Positions 48,309-57,147 of a DNA stretch of 64,000 nt are shown piece by piece. The translations under genes and the position numbers were made by a program. Every line of letters begins with the position of its first letter. Positions within the stretch are counted from its first letter, which is position 1. Origin of the DNA: a virus. The DNA is taken from IMG/VR virus record IMGVR_UViG_3300027963_000039; one strand, given 5' to 3'. The notes under the pieces are model-generated. The model worked only from the letters and a program-made list of their open reading frames with translations. It made no database searches and was not told the origin of the DNA.

Positions 48309-50020
48309 TAACTTTTCAATGTGTTAGATGGAAGAATTTTCTTTCCACTGGTAATTCATTTACTGAAATTAATTTTTTAAAATCTCCAAACACACTTATT
48401 ATTGGCAACAATGGTGCAGGTAAATCAACCATCTTAGATGCGTTGTGTTTTGCGTTGTTTGGTAAACCGTTTCGTAAAATTAATAAACCACAATTATTAA
48501 ATTCTATTAATCAGCAGCAGTGTGTTGTTGAAGTTGAATTTTTAGTGGGCAAAAAACAATACAAAGTTATTCGTGGCATTAAACCAAACACCTTTGAGGT
48601 TTATTGTGATGGAGTTATGGTCGACCAAGATGCCAAGGCAAAAGACTATCAAGAGCACTTAGAGAAATTTATTCTCAAAATAAATTACAAGTCTTTCACG
48701 CAAGTTGTCATCCTTGGTTCGGCTTCTTTTGTTCCATTCATGCAATTGTCTCCAGCTGATCGTAGAGCTATTATTGAAGATTTGCTTGACATTCAAATTT
48801 TTTCATCGATGAATGGAATCGTAAAAGAAAAAATGGTTAGTATAAAAGATACTTCTGGTAAGTACAAATATGCAATGGACTTGGCATCTGAAAAGATCAA
48901 GATGCAGCAAGGCGCTATTGAAGAACACAAGAAACATAATAATGCCGAAATAGAAAAGAAACAAAAAGAAATTGAAGAATCACAAGTACAGATTACCAAG
49001 TTAAATTCAGACATCGAATTGATTCAAAAACATATTAATTCCTTAAATACTAAAATTTCTGATAAGTTGTTAATAGAAAAGAAAAGTTCTAAACTAGTAC
49101 AATTAGAATCTAAACTTGAAACCAAATTACGAAAATTAGAAAAAGAAGAAAAGTTCTATGAAGAAAACCACGACTGCCCAACCTGTAAACAAAGTATCAA
49201 TGACACATTCAGAAGTAACCAACTTGGTGGAATCAATCAAACAAAAGGAGAAGTTGGAGTTGCAGTTAAAGATATCGAAACTAAAATCCAAGAAACAAAC
49301 CAACGCATCGAAGAAATCCAAAAAATAGTTAAACACATTCAGGCACATAACAATGAAATTGTCAAACACACCTCTACGATTTCTGCCGTCAACATCTACA
49401 TCGGCAAACTCAATTTGGAAGTTAAAAATCTTTCAACGCATAAGGATAGCTTGGAAGATGAAAATGAAAAGCTTAAGGAACTCAAAGGAGATTTGTCCGT
49501 GCTGCTCAGACAGATGGAAGAATTATCGTTAGAGAAGCAATACTATGAGTTTGCTGGTAACCTATTGAAAGATACTGGCATTAAAACAAAAATCATTCGT
49601 CAATATTTGCCTATTATGAACAAGTTGATTAACAAGTATCTGACTGCAATGGATTTCTTTGTTAACTTCAACATTAACGAAAACTTTGAAGAAACAATTA
49701 AGAGTCGGCACCGTGATGAATTTTCTTATGCCAATTTCTCCGAAGGTGAGAAGATGCGTATTGATTTGGCATTGCTGTTTACATGGCGTCAGATTGCCAA
49801 GTTGAAGAACAGTACAAATACCAATCTATTAATTTTAGATGAAGTTTTTGATTCATCACTAGACGGTGTTGGTACAGAAGAATTTTTGAAATTGATACAT
49901 GAAATGGGAACAGATACCAATGTGTTCGTTATTTCACATAAAGGTGACCAACTATTCGATAAGTTCAGGTCGGTTATTAAATTTGAGAAACATAATAATT
50001 TTAGTAGGATTGCAAAATGA
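48305..50020 (+). CDS. gp46: Recombination ATPase gp46 (Rad50/SbcC-like)
   Basis: GNNGAGKST, CPTC zinc hook, FSEGEKMR, LILDE. Confidence 0.95.
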   Translation: MITFQCVRWKNFLSTGNSFTEINFLKSPNTLIIGNNGAGKSTILDALCFALFGKPFRKINKPQLLNSINQQQCVVEVEFLVGKKQYKVIRGIKPNTFEVYCDGVMVDQDAKAKDYQEHLEKFILKINYKSFTQVVILGSASFVPFMQLSPADRRAIIEDLLDIQIFSSMNGIVKEKMVSIKDTSGKYKYAMDLASEKIKMQQGAIEEHKKHNNAEIEKKQKEIEESQVQITKLNSDIELIQKHINSLNTKISDKLLIEKKSSKLVQLESKLETKLRKLEKEEKFYEENHDCPTCKQSINDTFRSNQLGGINQTKGEVGVAVKDIETKIQETNQRIEEIQKIVKHIQAHNNEIVKHTSTISAVNIYIGKLNLEVKNLSTHKDSLEDENEKLKELKGDLSVLLRQMEELSLEKQYYEFAGNLLKDTGIKTKIIRQYLPIMNKLINKYLTAMDFFVNFNINENFEETIKSRHRDEFSYANFSEGEKMRIDLALLFTWRQIAKLKNSTNTNLLILDEVFDSSLDGVGTEEFLKLIHEMGTDTNVFVISHKGDQLFDKFRSVIKFEKHNNFSRIAK

Positions 50021-50592
50021 GTGATACAATTGTTTTTAATACGGAAGATACATTAAAAGGTACCAGTTATGCTAAAACTTTTTCTATACCTTTGTTTGAT
50101 TTGGTAGGAGAAGATAATCCAATTCTCAAAGAAGTTATGCCAGAATTTGATTTTAAAAATGCTCCTGTAAATCCTATGGAATTCGCATCTTCTTTGGTTG
50201 AAACCTGCAAGAAACACAAAGGATATGGATTGTCTGCCAACCAATGCGGTTTTAGGTATCGAGTATTCGTTATGGGTGCCGAAGATAACTTTGTGGCATT
50301 CTTTAATCCAAAAATTACCGCAACATATGATGAGTCACATATTGTTGAAGGATGCCTATCTTTCCCATTACTAGGACTTAGAATTACCAGGCCAGCGGCC
50401 GTAGATGTAGAATACCAAGATTTTAATGGAGAAAATAAAACGGCACATTATACTGGTATATCTGCAAGATGTTTCCTTCATGAGCTTGACCACATGAACG
50501 GAGTAGTATATACTGAAAGAGTGAAACCACTTGCGTTGCAAATGGGTATGCAGAAGCGTAACAAACTAATCAAGAAATTGCGTATAAAATAA
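50017..50592 (+). CDS. def: Peptide deformylase
   Basis: GLSANQ, EGCLS, HELDH motifs. Confidence 0.93.
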   Translation: MSDTIVFNTEDTLKGTSYAKTFSIPLFDLVGEDNPILKEVMPEFDFKNAPVNPMEFASSLVETCKKHKGYGLSANQCGFRYRVFVMGAEDNFVAFFNPKITATYDESHIVEGCLSFPLLGLRITRPAAVDVEYQDFNGENKTAHYTGISARCFLHELDHMNGVVYTERVKPLALQMGMQKRNKLIKKLRIK

Positions 50593-51857
50593 TGGCGACA
50601 CCAGTTGAATTTGTGGACAAACAATGGGTAGAATGGCAAGAGTCCAACCCAACAAGTAAGTTTGAACACATAGATAAAGAAGAATTGACCAAGACTCTAA
50701 TTGGAGACTTGACCAAAGCTTCTCAAATGGATGTTCGTGAATATACTTTATACCAAAAATGGTGTGAAGTTAAAGAACGATATCCCGTCTTTGAGGCCTC
50801 AACTCTTTGGGGTACAGAAGTCCAGATGGTTAATCCTGAGCAAAAAGAATTGATTGAAAAAGTCAAATCTAATTTTTGGATGCCAGAATCACCTGACGAT
50901 TTTGAAAAATTAAAACCTGTGATGAAATTATCAAACGGTCCATTGGCAGAAACTTGGAATGCCATACGTACCTTTTCATCCACAATGAAAAACAATTCTA
51001 ACATTGGTCGTAATCTATTTTATACGGTTACTGATGATGTGACAGGTAAATATCTTGGTGTTATTTGTATATCATCAGATTTTTTAGACTTAACTCCAAG
51101 AGACAAGGCCATCGGTTGGTCAAGAGAAGTTAAGACACAACAAGGCATGATTAATCACACCGCAATTGGTTCTACTATCGTGCCCCTACAACCTTTGGGG
51201 TTTAATTATATGGGCGGTAAATTACTTGCCTTGTTGTGCCTTTCTGATACCGTCCAAAAAGACTGGAAAGAACGATATGACGATGTTCTAGTCGGAGTGA
51301 CTACCACATCACTTTATGGTGCTACGAAGGCTGGAGGCCTATCCCAATACGATGGACTCGAACATTGGAATAAAATGGGTTTTAGTTCGGGTTCGGTTGC
51401 GTTTGAACCATCTAGAAAAACTATGAATATGGTATTTGATTGGATTAAAGAAAATCATACTCGTAAATATTTTGAATGGTGGGAAGCCAAAAATCAAAAT
51501 GGTTTACCACTTAAACGTGACCATAAAAATAGATCATTGAACTTTGCCTACCCAAAATTAGGTATCGATAAAAAATTAATTCGTACCGAACATCAACGTG
51601 GTATCTATTTTAGTCCTCTCTATAATAATACCAATGAATTTCTCCGTAAGGAGATTACCGATTCTGATCTGGTAAAATCGTTTGATACCAGTGAAGAAGC
51701 CCTTGCCAATATTTGGAAAACCAAGTATGCTAAGGGTCGAATTAGGCAATTACAGAAAAAGAATAATGTTTCTTACGATTCTCTTTTCTATGATGACCTG
51801 ATTTATTTGTCTTGGGAAGAAACCAAGGCAAAATATCTACCACAAGTCGGTAGATAA
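50592..51857 (+). CDS. DruA/DUF4338-like protein
   Basis: GRNLFY..LGVICISSD..RDKAIGW, PLGFNYMGGKLLALL, TTSLYG..SQY. Confidence 0.65.
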   Translation: MATPVEFVDKQWVEWQESNPTSKFEHIDKEELTKTLIGDLTKASQMDVREYTLYQKWCEVKERYPVFEASTLWGTEVQMVNPEQKELIEKVKSNFWMPESPDDFEKLKPVMKLSNGPLAETWNAIRTFSSTMKNNSNIGRNLFYTVTDDVTGKYLGVICISSDFLDLTPRDKAIGWSREVKTQQGMINHTAIGSTIVPLQPLGFNYMGGKLLALLCLSDTVQKDWKERYDDVLVGVTTTSLYGATKAGGLSQYDGLEHWNKMGFSSGSVAFEPSRKTMNMVFDWIKENHTRKYFEWWEAKNQNGLPLKRDHKNRSLNFAYPKLGIDKKLIRTEHQRGIYFSPLYNNTNEFLRKEITDSDLVKSFDTSEEALANIWKTKYAKGRIRQLQKKNNVSYDSLFYDDLIYLSWEETKAKYLPQVGR

Positions 51858-51879
51858 ACACAAGTATACCACAATATGC

Positions 51880-51909
51880 TTGACACACACACATATATAA
51901 TGTTATGAT
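51880..51909 (+). promoter_or_regulatory. Sigma70-like promoter
   Basis: TTGACA-18 nt-TATGAT with extended -10 TG. Confidence 0.65.
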
Positions 51910-51965
51910 GTGAGAACTTGCTAACAAGGCAAGAATTTTTATTACTTTAATATGGAGTTTTTACT

Positions 51966-52220
51966 ATGAAACAATCTGCTAAACAAAAAATCATTACCTT
52001 CTTGAGCAAAAAAGAAGGTTACAACACACTTACAACCGCACAAGCTCGTGCTCGTTTTGGAATTCAAAACGTTTCTGCTCGTATCGATGAGTTGCGCCAA
52101 GAAGGCCACGTTATCTACACTAACACCAAAACCCGTGGTGATGGTTCCAAAGTTGCTTCTTACCGCTTAGGTAAGCCAACTAAAGCAATGGTTCGTGCTG
52201 CCTATTCAGTAGGTTTCTAA
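51966..52220 (+). CDS. Small basic winged-helix DNA-binding protein
   Basis: LTTAQARARFGIQNVSARIDELRQEGHVI..YRLG. Confidence 0.75.
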   Translation: MKQSAKQKIITFLSKKEGYNTLTTAQARARFGIQNVSARIDELRQEGHVIYTNTKTRGDGSKVASYRLGKPTKAMVRAAYSVGF

Positions 52221-52234
52221 TCAAGCGTTAGTAT

Positions 52235-52266
52235 AGGGAGAGGTCAAATTACCTCTCCCTTTTTTT
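52235..52266 (+). terminator. Intrinsic terminator
   Basis: AGGGAGAGGT/ACCTCTCCCT stem plus T run. Confidence 0.88.
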
Positions 52267-52286
52267 ATTAAAACATTGGAGTCCAA

Positions 52287-53105
52287 ATGGAAATATCAAT
52301 TAAAAAAGAAGAACTGCAAAAGAAAAGTATATTCGTTGCTACCCCAATGTATGGCGGCATGAATCATGGACTTTATGCAAAAGCCTGTCTAGATTTACAA
52401 GGCATCTGTATGCAGTATGGCGTACAGGTCAAATTCTCATTTTTGTTTAATGAGTCCCTAATTACCCGAGCAAGAAATTATCTTGTTGATGAGTTCTTGC
52501 ATCGTTCAGAATGTACACACATGTTGTTTATTGATTCTGACATTCACTTTAATCCACAAGACGTAATTGCATTATTGGCACTTGATAAAGAAATCATCGG
52601 TGGTCCTTATCCAAAGAAAGCGATCAAGTGGAAATCTATTGCTACAGCATTGAAGAAGAATCCAAATATTGATATTGGCAACCTAGAAAAAATTACTGGA
52701 GATTATGTTTTCAATCCAGTTAAAGGTACCGCACAATTTTCTGTTACAGAACCTTTAAGTGTTTTGGAAATTGGTACTGGTTATATGATGATCAAACGTG
52801 AAGTGTTTTCTAAAATGCAAGAATCATATCCTTCAATTAAATACAAACCAGATCATATCGGTCAAGCTCACTTTGATGGATCACGTTATATCCATGCCTT
52901 CTTTGATACTGTAATCGACACTAAAGATTCTATTACAGGTGGTGGTTCTGAACGTTATCTTTCAGAAGATTACATGTTCTGCCAAATGTGGCGTAAAATT
53001 GGTGGAGAAATCTTCTTGTGTCCTTGGATGAAAACATCACACATTGGTACATATCATTTCCAAGGAGATATGCCAGCAGTTGCAAATTTTGTTGGTGAGA
53101 TGTAA
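52287..53105 (+). CDS. GT-A fold glycosyltransferase-like protein
   Basis: IFVATPMYGG, ESLITRARN, LFIDSDI (DxD), GTGYMMIKR, LSEDYMFC. Confidence 0.75.
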   Translation: MEISIKKEELQKKSIFVATPMYGGMNHGLYAKACLDLQGICMQYGVQVKFSFLFNESLITRARNYLVDEFLHRSECTHMLFIDSDIHFNPQDVIALLALDKEIIGGPYPKKAIKWKSIATALKKNPNIDIGNLEKITGDYVFNPVKGTAQFSVTEPLSVLEIGTGYMMIKREVFSKMQESYPSIKYKPDHIGQAHFDGSRYIHAFFDTVIDTKDSITGGGSERYLSEDYMFCQMWRKIGGEIFLCPWMKTSHIGTYHFQGDMPAVANFVGEM

Positions 53106-53455
53106 TGTCTGAATTGACCAAAGGTCGTAAATTTGATGGAGGCAAATTAGAGTATGGTTTGCTTCCACCACTTGCACTAGAAGAAACTGTAAAAGTTCTC
53201 ACCTTTGGAGCTCAAAAATATGAGCGTGATAATTGGCAAAAAGTACCTGAATCAAAACGCAGGTACTTTGATGCACTACAACGACATGTTTGGTCCTGGA
53301 AACAAGGTGAACAAATTGATCCGGAATCAGGATTACACCACTTAGCTCATGCTATGTGTTGTTTAATGTTTTTGTATGAACATGATGTCAAGTATTCCAA
53401 AGAAAGTATTGACGTTGAACTTGAACAAGTGTATGATAAAAATGTTCTTATATAA
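53105..53455 (+). CDS. dATP/dGTP diphosphohydrolase-domain protein (DUF5664)
   Basis: KFDGGK, VLTFGAQKY..NW, DALQRH, DPESGLHHLAHA. Confidence 0.85.
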   Translation: MSELTKGRKFDGGKLEYGLLPPLALEETVKVLTFGAQKYERDNWQKVPESKRRYFDALQRHVWSWKQGEQIDPESGLHHLAHAMCCLMFLYEHDVKYSKESIDVELEQVYDKNVLI

Positions 53456-53466
53456 TGGAGTAATAA

Positions 53467-54138
53467 ATGAAACTTTCTAATGAAACCCTTTCCGTATTGA
53501 AAAACTTTGCAGGAATTAATTCTGGCATCGAATTCAAAAAAGGTAATAAACTTACCACGATCTCATCAGGTAAAACTGTTTTGGCAAAAGCCACACTTAA
53601 AGATGAGTTCCCACAAGACTTTTGTGTGTACGATTTGAATCAATTTTTGAATGTACATTCTTTAAACAAAGATACCGAAGTTGATTTTGATGAATCTAAT
53701 ATCATCTTTAAATCTGGCCGCAGCAAAGCCAAGTATCGAAAAACTGCCAGAGAAATGATTGTAACCGCACCTGATAAGGCTTTGAGTTTGCCATCAGTTG
53801 ATATCGATTTTACACTAACAGAAGAAGATTTTGGTTCCATTCTAAAAAGTGCAAACATTCTTCAATCACCTAATATTGCTGTTGAGTCTACCGGCGACAA
53901 GATTTGTTTGACTGCTTTTAATGCAAAAGACGATTCTGCACACACGAATTCAATTGAAGTTGCTGATGGCAACGACAATAAATTTAAAATGGTCTTTTTG
54001 ACCGAAAACCTGAAAATGATTTCTGGTTCTTATGATGTTGAGATTTCTGCAAAGGGTCTTGCATCTTTCAAAAATAAGAATGTAGATATTCAATATTGGG
54101 TCGCAACCGAATCGAAAGATTCAAAATTTGGAGAATAA
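53467..54138 (+). CDS. gp45: Sliding clamp gp45
   Basis: MKLSNETLSVLKNFAGIN, YDLNQFL, ENLKMI..YWVATE; TTGACG-17 nt-TATGAT at 53409-53437. Confidence 0.93.
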   Translation: MKLSNETLSVLKNFAGINSGIEFKKGNKLTTISSGKTVLAKATLKDEFPQDFCVYDLNQFLNVHSLNKDTEVDFDESNIIFKSGRSKAKYRKTAREMIVTAPDKALSLPSVDIDFTLTEEDFGSILKSANILQSPNIAVESTGDKICLTAFNAKDDSAHTNSIEVADGNDNKFKMVFLTENLKMISGSYDVEISAKGLASFKNKNVDIQYWVATESKDSKFGE

Positions 54139-54141
54139 AAC

Positions 54142-54327
54142 ATGTTCGTATATCTTAATGAAGCAACCACAGACCAACCAATCGCTATCAATCCGCAACA
54201 TGTCGTTGCTGTTTTTGAGGCAGCTGATGGTGAAATGCAAGGAAAAACTATTGTTAACTTAGTTAATGGTGGTTGGGCAGTTAGTCAGACACAACTCGAA
54301 GTTGTTGGAATATTGAATAGTCAATAA
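54142..54327 (+). CDS. Small hypothetical protein, weakly FlbD-like
   Basis: GGAG SD; IAINPQHVVAVFE..TIVNLVNG..V. Confidence 0.5.
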   Translation: MFVYLNEATTDQPIAINPQHVVAVFEAADGEMQGKTIVNLVNGGWAVSQTQLEVVGILNSQ

Positions 54328-54404
54328 ACTTGAGACATGCACAATTTAGGTTGTGCATTAAATTGATTTAGTTTTGTATTTTTTTTATATTATGGGAATT
54401 TTGA

Positions 54405-55337
54405 ATGACACATCATGTTTTGTGGGTGGAGAAGTATCGCCCCTCTAAAGTACAAGACTGTATTTTGCCTGAACTGGTTAAAACCACCTTTCAGGAATAT
54501 GTTAACAAAAAAGAAATACCCAACCTTCTTCTTTCGGGTGGTGCTGGTGTAGGCAAGACTACAATTGCCAAAGCACTATGCGAAGAAGTTGGTTGTGACT
54601 ATATTGTTATTAATGGTTCGGATGAGAATGGTGTTGATACCATTCGTATCAAAATTAAAAACTATGCTTCATCGGTAAGCTTGATGGGTGGCCGCAAGGT
54701 CATTATTCTTGATGAAGCAGATTATCTAACGCCTAATGCACAGGCTATTCTACGTGCTTCTATTGAAGAATTTGCAAGTAATTGTTCCTTTATCTTTACT
54801 TGTAACTTCAAAAATCGCATTATTGATCCAATACATTCTCGTTGCACCGTCATCGACTTTCGAGTTAACGGTCAGAAAGCCAAACTGGCTGCACAGTTTT
54901 TCAAACGTGTAGAATGGATACTCGGTGAAGAAAACATCACTTATGATAAAGAAGTGGTTGCTGCCGTCATCACCAAACACTTTCCCGATAATCGTAGAAT
55001 TCTAAACGAACTTCAACGATATGCGGTATCTGGCACTATCGACAAAGGTATTCTTGCAGCAGTAAGTGATATTCAATTAAATGAACTCACTAAAGCCTTG
55101 AAAGAGAAAGACTTTGCATCATGTCGTAAATGGGTCACCAATAACTTGGACAACGATCCTGCACGAATCTTCCGTAAGTTATATGATGGTCTGTATGAAC
55201 TATTGAAACCAGACACCGTACCCGCACTGGTTCTTATTCTCGCTAAGTATCAGTATCAAGTGGCTTTTGTTGCTGATTCTGAAATCAACTTGATTGCTTG
55301 TTTGACAGAAATTATGGTGGACTGTGAGTTCAAGTAA
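54405..55337 (+). CDS. gp44: Clamp loader large subunit gp44
   Basis: LWVEKYRP, GGAGVGKTT, ILDEAD, HSRC. Confidence 0.95.
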   Translation: MTHHVLWVEKYRPSKVQDCILPELVKTTFQEYVNKKEIPNLLLSGGAGVGKTTIAKALCEEVGCDYIVINGSDENGVDTIRIKIKNYASSVSLMGGRKVIILDEADYLTPNAQAILRASIEEFASNCSFIFTCNFKNRIIDPIHSRCTVIDFRVNGQKAKLAAQFFKRVEWILGEENITYDKEVVAAVITKHFPDNRRILNELQRYAVSGTIDKGILAAVSDIQLNELTKALKEKDFASCRKWVTNNLDNDPARIFRKLYDGLYELLKPDTVPALVLILAKYQYQVAFVADSEINLIACLTEIMVDCEFK

Positions 55338-55723
55338 TGCCGGACTTATTCAAAGAAATCATTCCATCCATACTCACAACTAAAAAATCTGTAATCTATG
55401 ATGAGTTAGATTTAAAGGACTATCATCCTTTCCTGGTCAACCGTGCCTTGTCGTATCACATGGATTGTGTTCTATATGCAAATGAAATTAATCTTCACCC
55501 ACATCTAGACAAGGATCTACAATATCACTATCTTCTAAATACTGTAAGGTCGATGAAACGGAAATTTCAACCGTGGCAGAAATCATCAACCGATAAAGAC
55601 ATAGAATCCGTTAAAACTTATTTTGGTTACTCAAATGAGAAGGCCAAAGAAGCTCTGCGTATTCTTAATGAACAACAACTCGCTGAAATAAGAAAAAAAA
55701 CAGATAAAGGCGGAACAAAGTGA
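55337..55723 (+). CDS. gp62: Clamp loader small subunit gp62
   Basis: PFLVNRALSY, YFGYSNEKAKEAL, KGG. Confidence 0.9.
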   Translation: MPDLFKEIIPSILTTKKSVIYDELDLKDYHPFLVNRALSYHMDCVLYANEINLHPHLDKDLQYHYLLNTVRSMKRKFQPWQKSSTDKDIESVKTYFGYSNEKAKEALRILNEQQLAEIRKKTDKGGTK

Positions 55724-56136
55724 TGATTAATATTACAGACTTAGTTGAAGTGACTTTAAAAGAAAAAGACGATTTTCTCAAAGTTCGTGAAACGTTAACA
55801 CGAATTGGTGTTGCATCAAAAAAAGAAAACATACTATACCAATCTTGTCATATTTTACACAAACAAGGTAAGTACTACATCGTACATTTTAAAGAATTGT
55901 TTGCTTTAGATGGCAAACCAACAGACATTTCCGAAAACGATTTGTCACGCAGAAATGCAATTGCTAAACTACTACAGGATTGGGGTCTTGTGGGTATTGT
56001 GAACGTAACGAAAATTGAAAACCCACCTCCAATTTTCCTATCACAAATAAAAATTATTCCACACAAAGAAAAAGACAAGTGGGAATTAGTACCAAAATAC
56101 CAAATCGGTAAAAAAGGTACTGCAAAAGAATCTTAA
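55720..56136 (+). CDS. regA: Translational repressor RegA
   Basis: DDFLKVRETLTRIGVAS, LYQSCHILHKQGKYYIVHFKELFALDG. Confidence 0.96.
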   Translation: MMINITDLVEVTLKEKDDFLKVRETLTRIGVASKKENILYQSCHILHKQGKYYIVHFKELFALDGKPTDISENDLSRRNAIAKLLQDWGLVGIVNVTKIENPPPIFLSQIKIIPHKEKDKWELVPKYQIGKKGTAKES

Positions 56137-56169
56137 TCCGGTAAACATCTAACTAATGTGTTGGATTTA

Positions 56170-56253
56170 TTGACACATTAGTATAAATACTAATATAATT
56201 ATGGTGCCGTGCTCATCGAGGCGGCAATTTTTAAAACTCGCTTAACTAAGGAG
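56170..56253 (+). promoter_or_regulatory. Nested sigma70 and late promoters plus ROSE-like 5' UTR of hsp20
   Basis: TTGACA 56170-75, TATAAATA 56182-89, TATAAT 56194-99; hairpin 56205-56226; CTCGCTT/AAGGAG hairpin 56237-56253. Confidence 0.6.
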
Positions 56254-56259
56254 AAAGCA

Positions 56260-56718
56260 ATGACTTCAATGACTTACATTAAAGATGTATTTGGTAAAGA
56301 CCTTTTTGGTCAATTACAACCATTCACGGTCGGTTTCGATCAAACTCTAGACACACTCAAACAAATTGCGGAACAATCTGCAAAGGTTGCTGGGTATCCT
56401 CCGTACAATATCAAACAAGTCAAAGATAACAAATATGTTATTGAAATGGCTGTTGCTGGATTTGGAAAATCTGATATTGAAATGACACTAGATGGCAACA
56501 AACTAGTCATCAAAGGTGCAACAAAGGATGATCCGGAAACTGATTATCTATACAAAGGTATTGCAAATCGTTCTTTTGAACGCACTTTTACTTTAGCTGA
56601 TAAAGTTGAAATTAAAGATGCGGAATTGGTAAACGGCATGCTTAAGGTTTGGTTAGAGAATATGATCAAAGCTCAAGACGCAATTAAAAAAATTACAATT
56701 AAAGAAAAGAACGAATAA
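56260..56718 (+). CDS. hsp20: Small heat shock protein (Hsp20/IbpA-like)
   Basis: YPPYNI, IEMAVAGF, YKGIANRSFERTFTLA, NGML; start moved to ATG 56260 after AAGGAG. Confidence 0.93.
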   Translation: MTSMTYIKDVFGKDLFGQLQPFTVGFDQTLDTLKQIAEQSAKVAGYPPYNIKQVKDNKYVIEMAVAGFGKSDIEMTLDGNKLVIKGATKDDPETDYLYKGIANRSFERTFTLADKVEIKDAELVNGMLKVWLENMIKAQDAIKKITIKEKNE

Positions 56719-56787
56719 TGAAAAACGTTATACAAAATATTACAAAAACAATTTACGATTGGTTAATTATTTTGGGAGAAAACATTA

Positions 56788-56883
56788 ATGCATACCGTAC
56801 ACTCTCAAAACGCAATTACAACTAATTGGTGGCCTGTATCTGATGAAGAATGGGAAAATTTAAATTTTCCTAAAAACAAATAA
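56788..56883 (+). CDS. Possible 31-aa peptide (not in ORF track)
   Basis: GGGAG SD; MHTVHSQNAITTNWWPVSDEEWENLNFPKNK; overlaps a 35-aa ORF at 56718-56825. Confidence 0.35.
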   Translation: MHTVHSQNAITTNWWPVSDEEWENLNFPKNK

Positions 56884-56896
56884 GTGGTAAATAAAT

Positions 56897-56934
56897 GGGG
56901 GATTGTTGACAATCCCCTATTTTTTTGTTATACT
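56897..56934 (+). terminator. Terminator hairpin overlapping a sigma70 promoter
   Basis: GGGGATTG/CAATCCCC stem plus T run; TTGACA 56906-11, 17 nt, TATACT 56929-34. Confidence 0.7.
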
Positions 56935-56943
56935 CCAGTGATT

Positions 56944-57147
56944 ATGAAAAAATTGACCCAAAATCCCAAAGAAGTCCTAAAAAAAGTTCGTTCTCGCACG
57001 AACCTGGATACCTTTTATACATACTCCCACTGGCCATCTAAAGAAATTGATGGTATCACTTTTGTTCCTGTGGTAAAAAACTTGCCAGGGGTCCAAACTC
57101 AAACGTTACACTATATGCGTAAAGATAATTTGGAATATATTCGATGA
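56944..57147 (+). CDS. Small hypothetical protein
   Basis: ATG just downstream of the predicted promoter; ATGA overlap with next gene. Confidence 0.55.
   Translation: MKKLTQNPKEVLKKVRSRTNLDTFYTYSHWPSKEIDGITFVPVVKNLPGVQTQTLHYMRKDNLEYIR

Noticed and set aside
31853-50020. Introns, inteins or homing endonucleases in terminase, capsid, UvsW or gp46
   Set aside because: All have ordinary lengths and continuous motifs; no HNH, GIY-YIG or LAGLIDADG ORF recognised
50017-50592. Peptide deformylase as a novelty
   Set aside because: Already a known auxiliary gene in T4-like aquatic phages; motifs are canonical
50592-51857. Complete Druantia defence system
   Set aside because: No DruE helicase or other dru genes nearby
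53105-53455. 2-aminoadenine (Z-genome) system implied by DUF5664
   Set aside because: No purZ or datZ in the window; the domain alone is insufficient
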